Source of the DNA: Cytophagales bacterium
Lineage (GTDB): Bacteria > Bacteroidota > Bacteroidia > Cytophagales > Spirosomataceae
Direction: 5' to 3'
Assembly (NCBI GenBank): GCA_038327655.1
Contig: JBBQLG010000004.1
Span: forward strand, 32,302-96,301
DNA: 64,000 bases
Part shown: positions 1 to 9,723 of the stretch, piece after piece
How the letters are laid out: each line of letters starts with the position of its first letter
How positions within the stretch are numbered: the stretch's first letter is position 1
Notes under the pieces: model-generated
What the model was told of the DNA's origin: nothing
The model's database searches: none
The model's input: the letters and a program-made list of their open reading frames with translations, nothing else
Made by a program: the position numbers and the translations under genes

Positions 1-853
1 CCAGTGACTGCACCGTTCGCGGGCCAAGTCCTTTGAGCATCAACAGGTTCTCAAAATCTTTGGGTGCTTCTTCCTGCGCCAGCCACAAAATGGAGCCTAA
101 CCGCTTGAGGTCGATGTCTTTAGCGGTTACGTCTTTGCGGGTCGGCATCACCAACCGTTTGATCTCGCGCAGCATTCGTTCCGGCTCTTCGCCCACAATC
201 TGGAGCATGGCTTCCTGCGAGGGTTTAGCCTCTCTGGCCACCAGATTCAGAATCGTACCCTGCGAAATGCCACAGACGGCCGCGTGGGGTTCATCGACAA
301 ACGACTGTAAACTGCCCGAATGCCAGTGATACCGCCGGGCCGAAGCTGATTCGCCCTCGGTATTCATTCCCTGCTGCACCACCGACCAGTTTCCCGTCTG
401 GCTCACCACGAAGCTGTGCAGGTAAAGCTGAAACCCGTCCTGCACGGCACTGTTATCTACCTTCGCGCTCAAGCGGCTGCAATAGGCCAACTGATGGCCA
501 TCCAGCCCCGTTTTATCGCCAACGGCCACGAGTTCGTTGGGTGTCTGGAGCGAGTGCCTGCCCTTACCCCCGCACACGTACAGGCCGAGTTCGTGCGAAC
601 GCGGGTTGAGCGAGCGTTTGAGCGCACTCATCACAGCGGTGGTCACGCCCGACGAGTTCCAGTCCATGCCCAGTACGGCCCCGAAACTCTGAAACCAGAA
701 CGGGTCGGCCAGCCGCCGGAGAAACTCGGCGTGGCCTTTTTCGAGGATGATGGCTTCGGCAATGGCTCCGCCGAGGGTCGTCATTCGGTCGAAGAGCCAG
801 CCGGGAATGGGGCCGCTGTAGAGGGGTAAATCGGCAGTGCCTGATTTTTTCAT
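1..853 (-). CDS. DUF763 family protein (3-prime end truncated by window start)
   Basis: Manual translation of the minus strand from ATG at 853-851 gives MKKSGTADLPLYSGPIPGWLFDRMTTLGGAIAEAIILEKGHAEFLRRLADPFWFQSFGAVLGMDWNSSGVTTAV... with no stops to position 1. This matches the conserved DUF763 pattern. Start overlaps the upstream gene's stop (ATGA). Not in the ORF track because it runs off the window. Confidence 0.6.
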   Translation of the reverse strand, partial: MKKSGTADLPLYSGPIPGWLFDRMTTLGGAIAEAIILEKGHAEFLRRLADPFWFQSFGAVLGMDWNSSGVTTAVMSALKRSLNPRSHELGLYVCGGKGRHSLQTPNELVAVGDKTGLDGHQLAYCSRLSAKVDNSAVQDGFQLYLHSFVVSQTGNWSVVQQGMNTEGESASARRYHWHSGSLQSFVDEPHAAVCGISQGTILNLVAREAKPSQEAMLQIVGEEPERMLREIKRLVMPTRKDVTAKDIDLKRLGSILWLAQEEAPKDFENLLMLKGLGPRTVQSL

Positions 854-1500
854 GGGATTGCAGGTAACAACCTGGTTTTGGCGGGCAAACTGGCATACGC
901 CCAGATGTACTGACAGGCAGTGGAACGGTACGGAGACCAGCGCCGGGCAATCTCCTGTAGCATCTTCACCAGTGGCTGATTGTCGGCAAGTTCGTACAGC
1001 GTTGGTACCGTCTTTTTCAACTGGTAATCATCAACGGGGAATACGTCGGGCCGCTGGATGGTGAAGAGCAGAATCATGTCGATTGTCCAGCGACCGATGC
1101 CGGGCAGCGAGCCAAGGCGTTCCCGAACAAGTGCATCGGGCAGGTTTAGCCAATCGGTTTGCGCCCAGTCTTTATCAAGCCATTGGGTGGCCAGCGCGCA
1201 GATAGTTCGGTATTTCTGACCCGAAATCTTAATCGCCAGTACTTCGTCCTCGGGTAGTTGCAGCAGTTGGGCCGGGTGCGGATAGCCACCGGGAAACAGG
1301 GCCAGTAACCGGGCAAATCCTCCGCTTTTTGGGGTACGGTAGTGAATCTGCTGATCGACCACGCAACTCAATAAATCGTAATAAACATCGCCCGACGAGT
1401 CATGAACCGGCGCGGGAGCAGCATCAATGAGCCGGGCCAGTACCGGGTCGGACTGACGCAGATACTGGATGGCTTCCGGCGTTGTGGCTGGCAGGTGCAT
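850..1500 (-). CDS. DNA-3-methyladenine glycosylase II-like (HhH-GPD family, AlkA-type)
   Basis: 216 aa with helix-hairpin-helix motif LGSLPGIGRWTIDMILLF followed by the catalytic Asp region (VFPVDDY). Typical AlkA C-terminal domain. Confidence 0.7.
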   Translation of the reverse strand: MHLPATTPEAIQYLRQSDPVLARLIDAAPAPVHDSSGDVYYDLLSCVVDQQIHYRTPKSGGFARLLALFPGGYPHPAQLLQLPEDEVLAIKISGQKYRTICALATQWLDKDWAQTDWLNLPDALVRERLGSLPGIGRWTIDMILLFTIQRPDVFPVDDYQLKKTVPTLYELADNQPLVKMLQEIARRWSPYRSTACQYIWAYASLPAKTRLLPAIP

Positions 1501-1516
1501 ATGGGTAGTGGTAATC

Positions 1517-2215
1517 TTACGCCGATTTGGCTACCGTCTTCGCTGGCCCGGCCACGGTAGCCTTCAGTTCGTCCAGGGGCATATCCCGGTGCGCCAGGTG
1601 AGTCAGGTATATCGGTTCGTGAAACTTGTCTAAGCGTAGCAACAGCGCGCTGAGTTGCCGTTGCTCGGCTTCGGTGAGGTCGCCAGTGAAGAGTCCACTG
1701 GCCTGATTCATAACCGGTTGCACCTGCTGGAGCATCGCAAATCCGGCGGGCGTAATCGTCAGTCGGCGGCTGCGCTTATCCTGGTCATCATCCGATTGCG
1801 TAACGAACCCGTTGTTTATCAATCGTTTGATGACCAGCATTCCCGATGTTTTTTCGTTGACGGCGGCCTCTACTAAGTCCGTTTTGGTCATGCTGCCGCG
1901 TTCGGCTAAGTTGGCCAGGGAGATAAAATCATCAAAGGTGACCAGTGGGCTTGCCTCGACCGCTTTTTTCATATAAACCCGCAGATACCGATTGGCTTTA
2001 GTCAGATAGTGGGCGACAAATGTCTGTAACACCGGCACTTCCTCGGCGTAGTAGGTGTGTTCGGGGTCTTTAAGGGTATCCATCGACTGGTCAGCCGACT
2101 GGATCAGACGGGTCCAGGCCAGGAAGTTGGGCAAAGTCTGCTCGGCCCGATCAGGGTATGCCTCCTCAAAGGTATCGCCGAGGTCAAGCAGGGCTTTCAT
2201 CAGATTGGTGTTCAT
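1517..2215 (-). CDS. MarR family transcriptional regulator (N-terminal extension)
   Basis: C-terminal winged-HTH region (GSMTKTDLVEAAVNEKTSGMLVIKRLINNGFVTQSDDDQDKRSRRLTITPAGF) is MarR-like. Divergent from the efflux operon. Confidence 0.65.
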   Translation of the reverse strand: MNTNLMKALLDLGDTFEEAYPDRAEQTLPNFLAWTRLIQSADQSMDTLKDPEHTYYAEEVPVLQTFVAHYLTKANRYLRVYMKKAVEASPLVTFDDFISLANLAERGSMTKTDLVEAAVNEKTSGMLVIKRLINNGFVTQSDDDQDKRSRRLTITPAGFAMLQQVQPVMNQASGLFTGDLTEAEQRQLSALLLRLDKFHEPIYLTHLAHRDMPLDELKATVAGPAKTVAKSA

Positions 2216-2371
2216 AATAGTAAAACAAGCAAAAACAGGCTATCTAACAAAATTAGTTTATTTATGGATCAATAATTTGAGAAAATACTCTACTATCAGG
2301 TTATTTAGTGCATTAATGAAAAATAGTTGCTGATTAATAAACCATTTATAGACTTATTAGGTTCATAAATG

Positions 2372-2386
2372 GACTATATAATAGTC
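2372..2386. promoter_or_regulatory. 15-bp palindrome GACTATATAATAGTC in the AT-rich divergent promoter region (candidate MarR operator)
   Basis: Perfect inverted repeat GACTAT-ata-ATAGTC inside the about 200-bp AT-rich interval (2216-2414) between the marR-like gene and the tolC-like gene. Confidence 0.3.
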
Positions 2387-2414
2387 GAGTCATTATTCAC
2401 CAACTTTTTAGTCT

Positions 2415-3755
2415 ATGCATAGTACTGTACTTGTATTCATCTGTTTAGCGGGCTGGGGTGGCCTGACCGGCCCGGCTCATGGGCAGGATCCGCCCCGGCG
2501 ACCGCTATCACTACCCGAAGCCGTAGGCGGGGCTATTGCCCAGAGTAAAGCCATTAAAGTTAATGCCGCCGAACAGGGCGCGGCACTGGCGAAGGTACAG
2601 CAGGCCCGCAACAACTACGCCCCGGCCATCAGCGTTAACCTGAGCTACATCCGCATCAGCGACAACATCCGGCCGTTTACCCTGGCGTTGCCTGGTATGG
2701 GCGACATTTTGCTGAATCCGCAGATTCTCGATCAGTCCTACAACAACGTGCAGGTGCGGCAACTGCTCTGGGGCGGGGGCAAAGTACGCTACGGCATTCA
2801 GGCCGCCGAACGCGAAGCCGAAGCCACCCGCACCGAAGCCGGGCAATCCCGGCTATCGGCGGCCGACAATGTCACAAACATCTGGTACAATCTCTACCTG
2901 CTGAATGCCTCCGAGCGCATCATTCGCCAGAATATCCGGCTGTTGCAGGACCGGCGCAAAGACCTCGTGAATCTGGAGCGGCAGGGTTTAGTGATGAAGA
3001 ACGATGCGCTGAAAATAGACCTCGCCATCTCGAATCTGGAGGGTAGTCTGATCGACGTGCAAGGGGGTCGAGCCATCAATAATTTTAACATGGCGACGGC
3101 CCTGAACGAATCCCTCGACACCGAATTCATCGTCGATTCGGCTGCGCTTACCGTCAACACCACAGTTGAACCGCTGACTACATATCTGACCGAAGCCGGG
3201 CAAAACCGCCCGGAAATCAGGGCATTGGGGCTGCGACGCGAAGCCGCTTTGATCGGTCAGCGCATTGTGCAGAGTAACCGGTTACCGACGCTGAGCGCGG
3301 GGGGCAGCTACGATTACAACCGGCCCAACATGCGGGTCTTCCCCCTCGAACCGGCCTTTAAAGGTACCTGGAACGTGGGCGTTTTCCTGAGTTTCGACAT
3401 TTCGGGACAATACGGTAACCGGGCCAAAGAAGTTGAAACGCGGTATAATCTGGACAAGCTCAGCACCGGCATCGACCAACTCCGCGACGGTATTCAGATG
3501 GAAGTCAACGCGCAGTACCAGAGCTACCGGCAATCGCTCGATAAGATTCGGGTGGCACAAACGGCCATCGAGCAGGCGACCGAAAACTTTCGGGTGGAGC
3601 AGAACCGCCTGAAAGCCACGTCGAGTACACCCACCGATTTTTTGGACGCCAACACACAACTGCTTCAGGCCCGGCTGAATCTGGAATCGGCACAGGCCAA
3701 CGCCGAACTCGCCCGCTGGAAACTGCTCAAAAGCGTCGGGCGCGTCAATCCGTAA
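2415..3755 (+). CDS. TolC family outer-membrane efflux protein
   Basis: 446 aa with signal peptide and two tandem outer-membrane-efflux-protein repeats (coiled-coil and beta segments, e.g. DLVNLERQGLVMKNDALKIDLAISNLEGSL). First gene of a TolC-HlyD-MFS operon. Confidence 0.8.
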   Translation: MHSTVLVFICLAGWGGLTGPAHGQDPPRRPLSLPEAVGGAIAQSKAIKVNAAEQGAALAKVQQARNNYAPAISVNLSYIRISDNIRPFTLALPGMGDILLNPQILDQSYNNVQVRQLLWGGGKVRYGIQAAEREAEATRTEAGQSRLSAADNVTNIWYNLYLLNASERIIRQNIRLLQDRRKDLVNLERQGLVMKNDALKIDLAISNLEGSLIDVQGGRAINNFNMATALNESLDTEFIVDSAALTVNTTVEPLTTYLTEAGQNRPEIRALGLRREAALIGQRIVQSNRLPTLSAGGSYDYNRPNMRVFPLEPAFKGTWNVGVFLSFDISGQYGNRAKEVETRYNLDKLSTGIDQLRDGIQMEVNAQYQSYRQSLDKIRVAQTAIEQATENFRVEQNRLKATSSTPTDFLDANTQLLQARLNLESAQANAELARWKLLKSVGRVNP

Positions 3756-3813
3756 TCGGGTCATTCTGCACTCATTACTTATCATTCATCGTCATTCGTA
3801 GTTCACCACAGTC

Positions 3814-4887
3814 ATGAAACCAATCGCATACACACTCATTTTCAGTATTTTAACGGCAACGCTAACGGGTTGCGGTTCGGGCGAAGAAACCGATAACGCC
3901 CAGGTGCAGGCTGATATCAGCCCGGTGATTCCGAAAGTACCCGGCACCGTAATCGCCATTAAAACCGACGACAACCGGCCCACCAAAATCGGCGATACGC
4001 TGGTGATACTCGACGACCGCGAGTTCGCCCTGCGGGTGCAACAGGCCGAAGTAGCCGTAGAACAGGCGCGGGCCAACGTGATACTGTCCCGGAAAACGGC
4101 GCAGGCGGCCACCAGCGGCACGGGCAGTGTGCGCGACAATGCCGATGCGGCTCAGGCCGGCATTGCCCAGGCGCGGGCCGGGATCAGGGTAGCCGAAGTG
4201 CGGGTGTTGCAGACCAAACTAAACTTCGACCGGCAGGCCCAGCTCTTCGCCGAGCAATCGACGCCTAAAGCCGTTTACGACAATACCAAAGCCGAATACG
4301 ACGCGGCCGATGCCCAGCTTGCCGTCGCTAAAGAGCAGGTGTCCGTGTTGCAGCGGCAGGCCAGCGCGGCCCGCAAACAGGTAGGCACCGTGTCGACCCA
4401 GGCGGGCGTAGCGGGCGAAGGCGTCAAACTGGCCGAACTCGCCGTGAAGCAGGCGCAGGCCAACCTCGAGACGGCCCGGCTTCAGCACTCCTACTGCGTA
4501 ATTACGGCCCCGGCCAATGGCATTGTCTCCAGCAAAAGCGTGCAGATCGGACAGGTTGTGTCGCCGGGTCAGCCGCTGATGCAGGTGGCGGGTGAGCAGA
4601 AAGTCTGGGTCATCGCCAATTTCAAAGAAACGCAGGTCGGCAAGATGCGCGTGGGCCAACCGGCTGAAATCAAGGTCGATGCCTATCCCGACAAAGTATT
4701 CAAGGCCAAAGTCGAATCGTTGTCCCCGGCTACGGGCGCCCGTTTTTCGATGCTCCCGCCCGACAACGCGACCGGCAACTTCGTGAAAGTAACGCAGCGC
4801 ATTCCAATCCGGCTGGCCTTCACCGAAACCGACCGGGCCATGCCGCTACGGGCGGGCATGAGCGTGGACGTGACCGTGAAAGAATAA
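3814..4887 (+). CDS. HlyD/EmrA family membrane fusion (periplasmic adaptor) protein
   Basis: 357 aa with N-terminal lipoprotein-type signal (LTGCGSG), long Ala/Gln-rich coiled coil, and C-terminal beta-barrel motifs (VITAPANGIVSSKSVQIGQVVSPGQPLM). Confidence 0.85.
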   Translation: MKPIAYTLIFSILTATLTGCGSGEETDNAQVQADISPVIPKVPGTVIAIKTDDNRPTKIGDTLVILDDREFALRVQQAEVAVEQARANVILSRKTAQAATSGTGSVRDNADAAQAGIAQARAGIRVAEVRVLQTKLNFDRQAQLFAEQSTPKAVYDNTKAEYDAADAQLAVAKEQVSVLQRQASAARKQVGTVSTQAGVAGEGVKLAELAVKQAQANLETARLQHSYCVITAPANGIVSSKSVQIGQVVSPGQPLMQVAGEQKVWVIANFKETQVGKMRVGQPAEIKVDAYPDKVFKAKVESLSPATGARFSMLPPDNATGNFVKVTQRIPIRLAFTETDRAMPLRAGMSVDVTVKE

Positions 4888-4916
4888 TCATTTCATGACC
4901 ATCTGCTGACCACAAC

Positions 4917-6497
4917 ATGACAACTACTGACGCCCTGACAGCCCAGCCGACCTACGAAGTTGGCACCCGAAAGCTGCTGATTACGCTGACGGTGATTACC
5001 TGCGCGATCATGGAACTGATCGACACGTCGATTGTAAACGTAGCCACCCGGCAAATTGCGGGCAACCTCGGTGCGACCATCGACGAAGTAGCCTGGGTCA
5101 TCACCGCCTATGCCGTCTCGAACATCATCATCATTCCGCTCACGGGTTTTTTGTCCGACATCATTGGCCGCAAAGTCTACTTCACGGCTTCGGTCATGCT
5201 CTTCACGCTGGCTTCGTTTTTCTGCGGCTCGGCCCACAGTATCGAGATGCTGATTTTCTGGCGATTCGTGCAGGGTATTGGTGGTGGTGCGCTGCTGGCG
5301 ACTGCCCAAACGGTGCTGGTCGAAACCTATCCGCCCGAAGAACTCGACAAGGCAAACGGCATTTTCGGGGCTGGTATCGTGATGGGTCCCACACTTGGCC
5401 CGGTGCTGGGCGGCTACCTGACCGATAACTTTCACTGGGGCTGGATTTTCTACGTCAACATTCCCATCGGGATTGTAGCCACGATCCTGTCCTGGAAATT
5501 CATCAAAGGCACCAAACACAAAATGGAAGGCAAAATCGATTACGCCGGCATTTTGCTGATGGTGATCGGGATTGGATGCCTGCAGATTTTTCTGGAAGAA
5601 GGCGAACGCAAAGACTGGTTCGACAGCCCCCTGATCGTGACGCTGGCCATTGCATCGGTCATCGGGCTGGCCCTCTTCATCTACCGCGAACTGACCATCG
5701 AGCATCCCGTCGTGGATTTGAAAGTACTCAAAAACCGCAACGTGGCGGTGGGGTCTATCCTGCGGTTTGCTTTCGGGGTCGGGATCTATTGCTCGGTGTT
5801 TCTGTATCCGGTGTTCGTGCAGGGGTTTCTGGGCTGGAATGCCACCCGCACGGGCCTGCTGATGCTGCCCTCGTCGCTGCTGACGGGGATGCTGATGGGC
5901 GCGATGGGAGCCGCCATCAAAAAAGGCGTAAACCCCAAACTACTGGTTATCATTGGTTTCAGCTTTGTGATTGCCTACGAAATCCTGACGTATTTCGGAG
6001 CCACCGCGCAGGCGGGTGAAGCTGACTTTTTCTGGCCGCAACTCATCCGGGGCATTGGCTTCGGGTTCATTTTCGTGCCGGTGGCGGGATTGAGTTTATC
6101 GGGACTAACCGGCAAAGACATTGCCCAGGCATCGGGGCTGACGAATATGCTGCAACTCACGGGTGGGGCCATCGGCATCGCAATCGTCAACACCTTCGTG
6201 ATCCGGCGCATCAGCATTCACCGAATGGATATGCTGCCGAATATCTCCATGGCGAACCCGGCTACTTACAGCCGCTGGCAGGGTATGACGATGCAGTTTC
6301 AGGCCGCTGGTCATTCGCTGGGTGACGCTCAGAAAATGGCCATGGGCGCTATCGAAGGAGCCGTTTCTACCCAGGCCGCCGTGATGAGCTACGCCGAAGG
6401 GTTTATGCTCATCGGCATTATTCTGACCGCCGTGCTGCCGCTGGTGCTGATTGCCAAAATCGAAAAAGGGTCCGTCAATATCGGCTCGGCGCACTGA
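4917..6497 (+). CDS. MFS transporter, DHA2 (EmrB/QacA) family, 14-TM drug:H+ antiporter
   Basis: 526 aa with MFS motif GFLSDIIGRKV and a 14-TM hydropathy pattern. Located downstream of HlyD. Confidence 0.85.
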   Translation: MTTTDALTAQPTYEVGTRKLLITLTVITCAIMELIDTSIVNVATRQIAGNLGATIDEVAWVITAYAVSNIIIIPLTGFLSDIIGRKVYFTASVMLFTLASFFCGSAHSIEMLIFWRFVQGIGGGALLATAQTVLVETYPPEELDKANGIFGAGIVMGPTLGPVLGGYLTDNFHWGWIFYVNIPIGIVATILSWKFIKGTKHKMEGKIDYAGILLMVIGIGCLQIFLEEGERKDWFDSPLIVTLAIASVIGLALFIYRELTIEHPVVDLKVLKNRNVAVGSILRFAFGVGIYCSVFLYPVFVQGFLGWNATRTGLLMLPSSLLTGMLMGAMGAAIKKGVNPKLLVIIGFSFVIAYEILTYFGATAQAGEADFFWPQLIRGIGFGFIFVPVAGLSLSGLTGKDIAQASGLTNMLQLTGGAIGIAIVNTFVIRRISIHRMDMLPNISMANPATYSRWQGMTMQFQAAGHSLGDAQKMAMGAIEGAVSTQAAVMSYAEGFMLIGIILTAVLPLVLIAKIEKGSVNIGSAH

Positions 6498-6623
6498 GAT
6501 CGTTCATCATGGGTGCGGTTCCCTGCTGCCTTTATTGGTCATCGCCGGTTTTTCATCAGCGTACCAATCGGGGAGCCGCACCCAAAGTAAACGAGACAAA
6601 TTCTTCACAAAACCAATTCTTGA

Positions 6624-7064
6624 TTGGTCAAAAATATGAAAAAAATGACCTTTTTCGGGCTGCTTATCAGCCTGTTAGCCAGCGTCGCTATGGCACAAGG
6701 TACTGTCACGATCAATGTGAGCGGGATGAAGAACAGCAACGGCAAGTGCAAAGTCTGGTTTTTTGACAAGGCCGACGGCTTCCCGACCGATGAGAAAAAA
6801 GCCGTTAAGTGCGTCGAAGCTCCCATCAACGGCAACAAAAGTCAGTTCGTGTTCGAGAACATCCCGGCGGGAACCTACGCCGTGGGGGTGATCCACGACG
6901 AAAACGGCAACCACAAGTTCGACACCAATTTTATGGGCATCCCCAAAGAAGCCTACGGCACCACCAACGACGTGCGGGGCGGCATCGGTGGCCCGCCCAA
7001 GTTTGAACCAGCCAAAATCACGATCCCCAAAACGGGCGCGACGCTGGCTATTACAGTCAAATGA
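6624..7064 (+). CDS. DUF2141 domain-containing secreted protein
   Basis: 146 aa with signal peptide (start may be the internal MKKMTFF at 6636). Conserved DUF2141-like C-terminal half (FENIPAGTYAVGVIHDENGNHKFDTNFMGIPKEAYG). Confidence 0.55.
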   Translation: MVKNMKKMTFFGLLISLLASVAMAQGTVTINVSGMKNSNGKCKVWFFDKADGFPTDEKKAVKCVEAPINGNKSQFVFENIPAGTYAVGVIHDENGNHKFDTNFMGIPKEAYGTTNDVRGGIGGPPKFEPAKITIPKTGATLAITVK

Positions 7065-7463
7065 GCCGGTTTTAAGATCGATATTGACCAATCCTGAGCA
7101 TCGGCTTTCCCGGAAACGGGTCAGGAATGACCGGGCATCTGATAATCAAAGCAAGGTAGAACTAAGTACCGCAGAACCGGGCAGATACGCCCGGCTGTTC
7201 CGATCCCTACAGGTTCAACGGCGTTTCCATAACCTTCTTTGTAACTTTATCGGGCGTCGCTGCCTTCACGAACGGAGAAATTGAGTGTAGATAGATTTAC
7301 TGATTTCAGATCAGAAAAGCGAGGTACAGCACCTTACCCCAAATCACTGATGCGGAGCTGATCGAGATAATAACCCGCGATATATCGGCGTATTTAAACG
7401 AAGAATTATAAGTCTCATTCCCTGACCACCATTAGCCAGATTACTAAGCCGACGTTATACCTG

Positions 7464-8450
7464 TTACGGCAACTGCGCCAGCCAGAGCGAGGCATTCAGG
7501 TGCAGTTTCGAGTGGCTGCTGATCTCGGTCCAGCCGGGGAAAAGCCGGTCCGTGGGATTGCCCGACCCATCGTCGGCGGGCGAACTGTCCGTGACGACCA
7601 CCACGCGACCGCTGCCAAACGTGGATGACGCACACATGGCACCGGTAGTACCGCCTTTCGTGGCCGACGTTCGCCAGATCAGGCCCTTCACCGAGGCATT
7701 GGCCGATGGCGTCAGGGTCAGCGTGGCCCCGTTCGAGAATTTCAACTGCGTGACGGCCCCCTGCGAACCACTCAAAACCGGACTGGCACTGGCCGCAGCC
7801 ACGTTACTGCTCGTTTCGGAGATGTTGGTTTTGTCGACCGAGAAACCGAACGGATTGGTCTTGACCGAATTAGTCGTCATCAGATCGTTCCAGATCGCGG
7901 GCGAGTCGAACCCGTCGTTGTTCCGGTCTGATTTGTCGTGGTCCGAAATCATGAACAGTCCGCCCCCGGCCTTCACAAAATTCAGGATCGCCGTTTTCTC
8001 AGCCGCCGTAAATCTCGTGTTTGGCTCATCGATGACAAACACCTGGTATTTCGACAAATCCTGCGCGCCGGTGCCCCCAAACGTGATGGCCGTACCCGGT
8101 GGCAGCGTCTCCACCGAATGACCCAATTTAACCAGTGCTACCCCCCACGACGATAGCCCCCCCGTCCAGAACTTTTCGGGTGTAGTCGCCGTAATGCCCG
8201 ATGCAGCCGGGGTCGGAATACGCTGTGGGGTACCATTATCCGCATCGAGTACCCAGTCGGCATTGCCGGCGGTTTCGGCGTGGGCCGCATCGAACAGAAA
8301 CCTTGCCGGACCGGTGCGGGCCGACGAGCGGGTGGCCAGCGTATCCGACTGAACGACTGCGGGCGTCGATGTTTTTGTTTCGGACGTGTTGCGGCAGGCA
8401 ACGGTCAGCAGAACCGCGCCGACACTCACAAGTAGGGTTATGTTTTTCAT
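7464..8450 (-). CDS. hypothetical lipoprotein (signal peptide plus Cys, Thr/Ser/Gly-rich)
   Basis: ORF 7464-8498; likely start MKNITLLVSVGAVLLTVAC at 8450 (lipobox). No confident family assignment. Confidence 0.4.
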   Translation of the reverse strand: MKNITLLVSVGAVLLTVACRNTSETKTSTPAVVQSDTLATRSSARTGPARFLFDAAHAETAGNADWVLDADNGTPQRIPTPAASGITATTPEKFWTGGLSSWGVALVKLGHSVETLPPGTAITFGGTGAQDLSKYQVFVIDEPNTRFTAAEKTAILNFVKAGGGLFMISDHDKSDRNNDGFDSPAIWNDLMTTNSVKTNPFGFSVDKTNISETSSNVAAASASPVLSGSQGAVTQLKFSNGATLTLTPSANASVKGLIWRTSATKGGTTGAMCASSTFGSGRVVVVTDSSPADDGSGNPTDRLFPGWTEISSHSKLHLNASLWLAQLP

Positions 8451-8545
8451 ATCAACGGTTCGGACAAAATAGTCTGCGAAACTATCCAATCTTTCCAAGG
8501 GTTGACCCGGTTGGCTTCAATCGTACTAATTTCATAATAAACTCG

Positions 8546-9079
8546 ATGCGAAAACGCACCATGGACGAGCTCAACCGCCTGTCGGTCGATGAGTTTAAGG
8601 GGACCCCAAAGTTTCCGTACTGCCTGATATTAGACGACATCCGCAGCCTGAACAATGTCGGGTCGGTATTCAGGACGGCGGATGCGTTCCGGGCCGAAAA
8701 ACTGTATCTCTGCGGCATCACGGGCACACCACCGCACCGCGACATTACCAAAACGGCCCTCGGTGCTACCGAGTCGGTGAGTTGGGAACAGGTACCCGAC
8801 TGTTCCGCGCTGGTGCGGCAATTACAACTGGATGGCTGGATTGTCGCTGCGCTGGAACAGGCCGAAGGTAGTGTTATGCTCCACGAATTCGCGCCAGAAC
8901 AGGACAAAAAGTACGCCTTTATCCTGGGAAATGAAGTAACCGGGGTTCAGGAAGCCGTAATTGAGCAGGCCGATTTAACGCTGGAGATCCCGCAATTTGG
9001 CACCAAACACTCGCTGAATGTGGCCGTGAGCGCGGGCGTTGTCTGCTGGCATTTCATCGAAAAGGTAACAAAAACTTAA
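8546..9079 (+). CDS. SpoU/TrmH family RNA 2-prime-O-methyltransferase
   Basis: Listed ORF 8201-9079 has a Pro/Arg-rich non-protein-like N-terminus. Real start taken as ATG 8546 (MRKRTMDELNRL). SpoU motifs: VGSVFRTADAF, ILGNEVTGV and the C-terminal NVAVSAGVVCWH knot region. Confidence 0.75.
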   Translation: MRKRTMDELNRLSVDEFKGTPKFPYCLILDDIRSLNNVGSVFRTADAFRAEKLYLCGITGTPPHRDITKTALGATESVSWEQVPDCSALVRQLQLDGWIVAALEQAEGSVMLHEFAPEQDKKYAFILGNEVTGVQEAVIEQADLTLEIPQFGTKHSLNVAVSAGVVCWHFIEKVTKT

Positions 9080-9159
9080 TATTTAACTTGCAATTATCAG
9101 CTTTATTTGCTATTTCTTTGTAGATTTTTTTATCTGCTCTATCAAATAAAGTAAACCAC

Positions 9160-9705
9160 ATGAAAGCCAAGAAAAAAACCCTCACCAATGACCTTGTCGC
9201 GTCCATTGAAACCAAACTGAGCGAAGCCGGTGCGCAAACCAAAAAAGCAAAGAAAGCAATTGTTAAGTCTGCCGAAAAACTGGCTGCCAAATTAGGCAAG
9301 CTGATGAAAAAGGCGGAGAAGAAAGTGGCCAAAGCCACTACTGCCACTGCCAGCAGCGTAAAGAAGGCCGAGGCTAAAGCGAAGAAAGACGCGAAGAAGT
9401 TAACCAAGAACGCCGATAAAGCCCTAAAGAGTGCTCAGCGTACGGCTACGAAGAAAGCCAAAAAAGCCGCTGAGCCAGTGGCTGTTGCTGTAGCGGCCAC
9501 CAAAGCGACGCCAAAGCCCATTGCCCCCAAACCCGCAGCTACGACCCGGAAGGCAACGCCTGCTCCTGCTACCAAACCAGCCGCCACTAAACCAGCGACG
9601 CCAAAACCAGCCACACCCAAAGCAGAACCGGCCATTGCGACGCCCATTACTAAAGCCGCGTCTCCAGCCGACGATGCCAATCCGAGCGGACCGTCTTTGG
9701 GCTAA
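9160..9705 (+). CDS. histone H1-like Lys/Ala-rich nucleoid-associated protein
   Basis: 181 aa of K/A/T/P-rich low-complexity sequence with KKAKK and PKPATPK repeats, preceded by a very AT-rich promoter (9080-9159). Resembles Bacteroidota histone-H1-like HC proteins. Confidence 0.6.
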   Translation: MKAKKKTLTNDLVASIETKLSEAGAQTKKAKKAIVKSAEKLAAKLGKLMKKAEKKVAKATTATASSVKKAEAKAKKDAKKLTKNADKALKSAQRTATKKAKKAAEPVAVAVAATKATPKPIAPKPAATTRKATPAPATKPAATKPATPKPATPKAEPAIATPITKAASPADDANPSGPSLG

Positions 9706-9723
9706 GGTTAGAATCTGAGCGTA

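Noticed and set aside
416-950. ORFs 416-829 (+), 564-950 (-) and 33-329 (+) from the track.
   Set aside because: They overlap the much longer, well-conserved DUF763 reading frame on the minus strand and have Arg/Pro/Gly-rich low-complexity translations typical of off-frame reads of GC-rich coding DNA.
8201-8545. N-terminal 115 codons of the listed ORF 8201-9079.
   Set aside because: The translation (MQPGSEYAVGYHYPHRVPSRHCRRFRRGPHRTETLPDRCG...) is not protein-like and overlaps the end of the minus-strand lipoprotein gene. The SpoU methyltransferase domain begins at the ATG at 8546.
9080-9159. Tried to locate a Bacteroidota TAnnTTTG -7 element upstream of the histone-like gene.
   Set aside because: The region is very AT-rich with several near-matches (TTTATTTG, TAGATTTT) but no exact consensus, so no specific promoter call was made.
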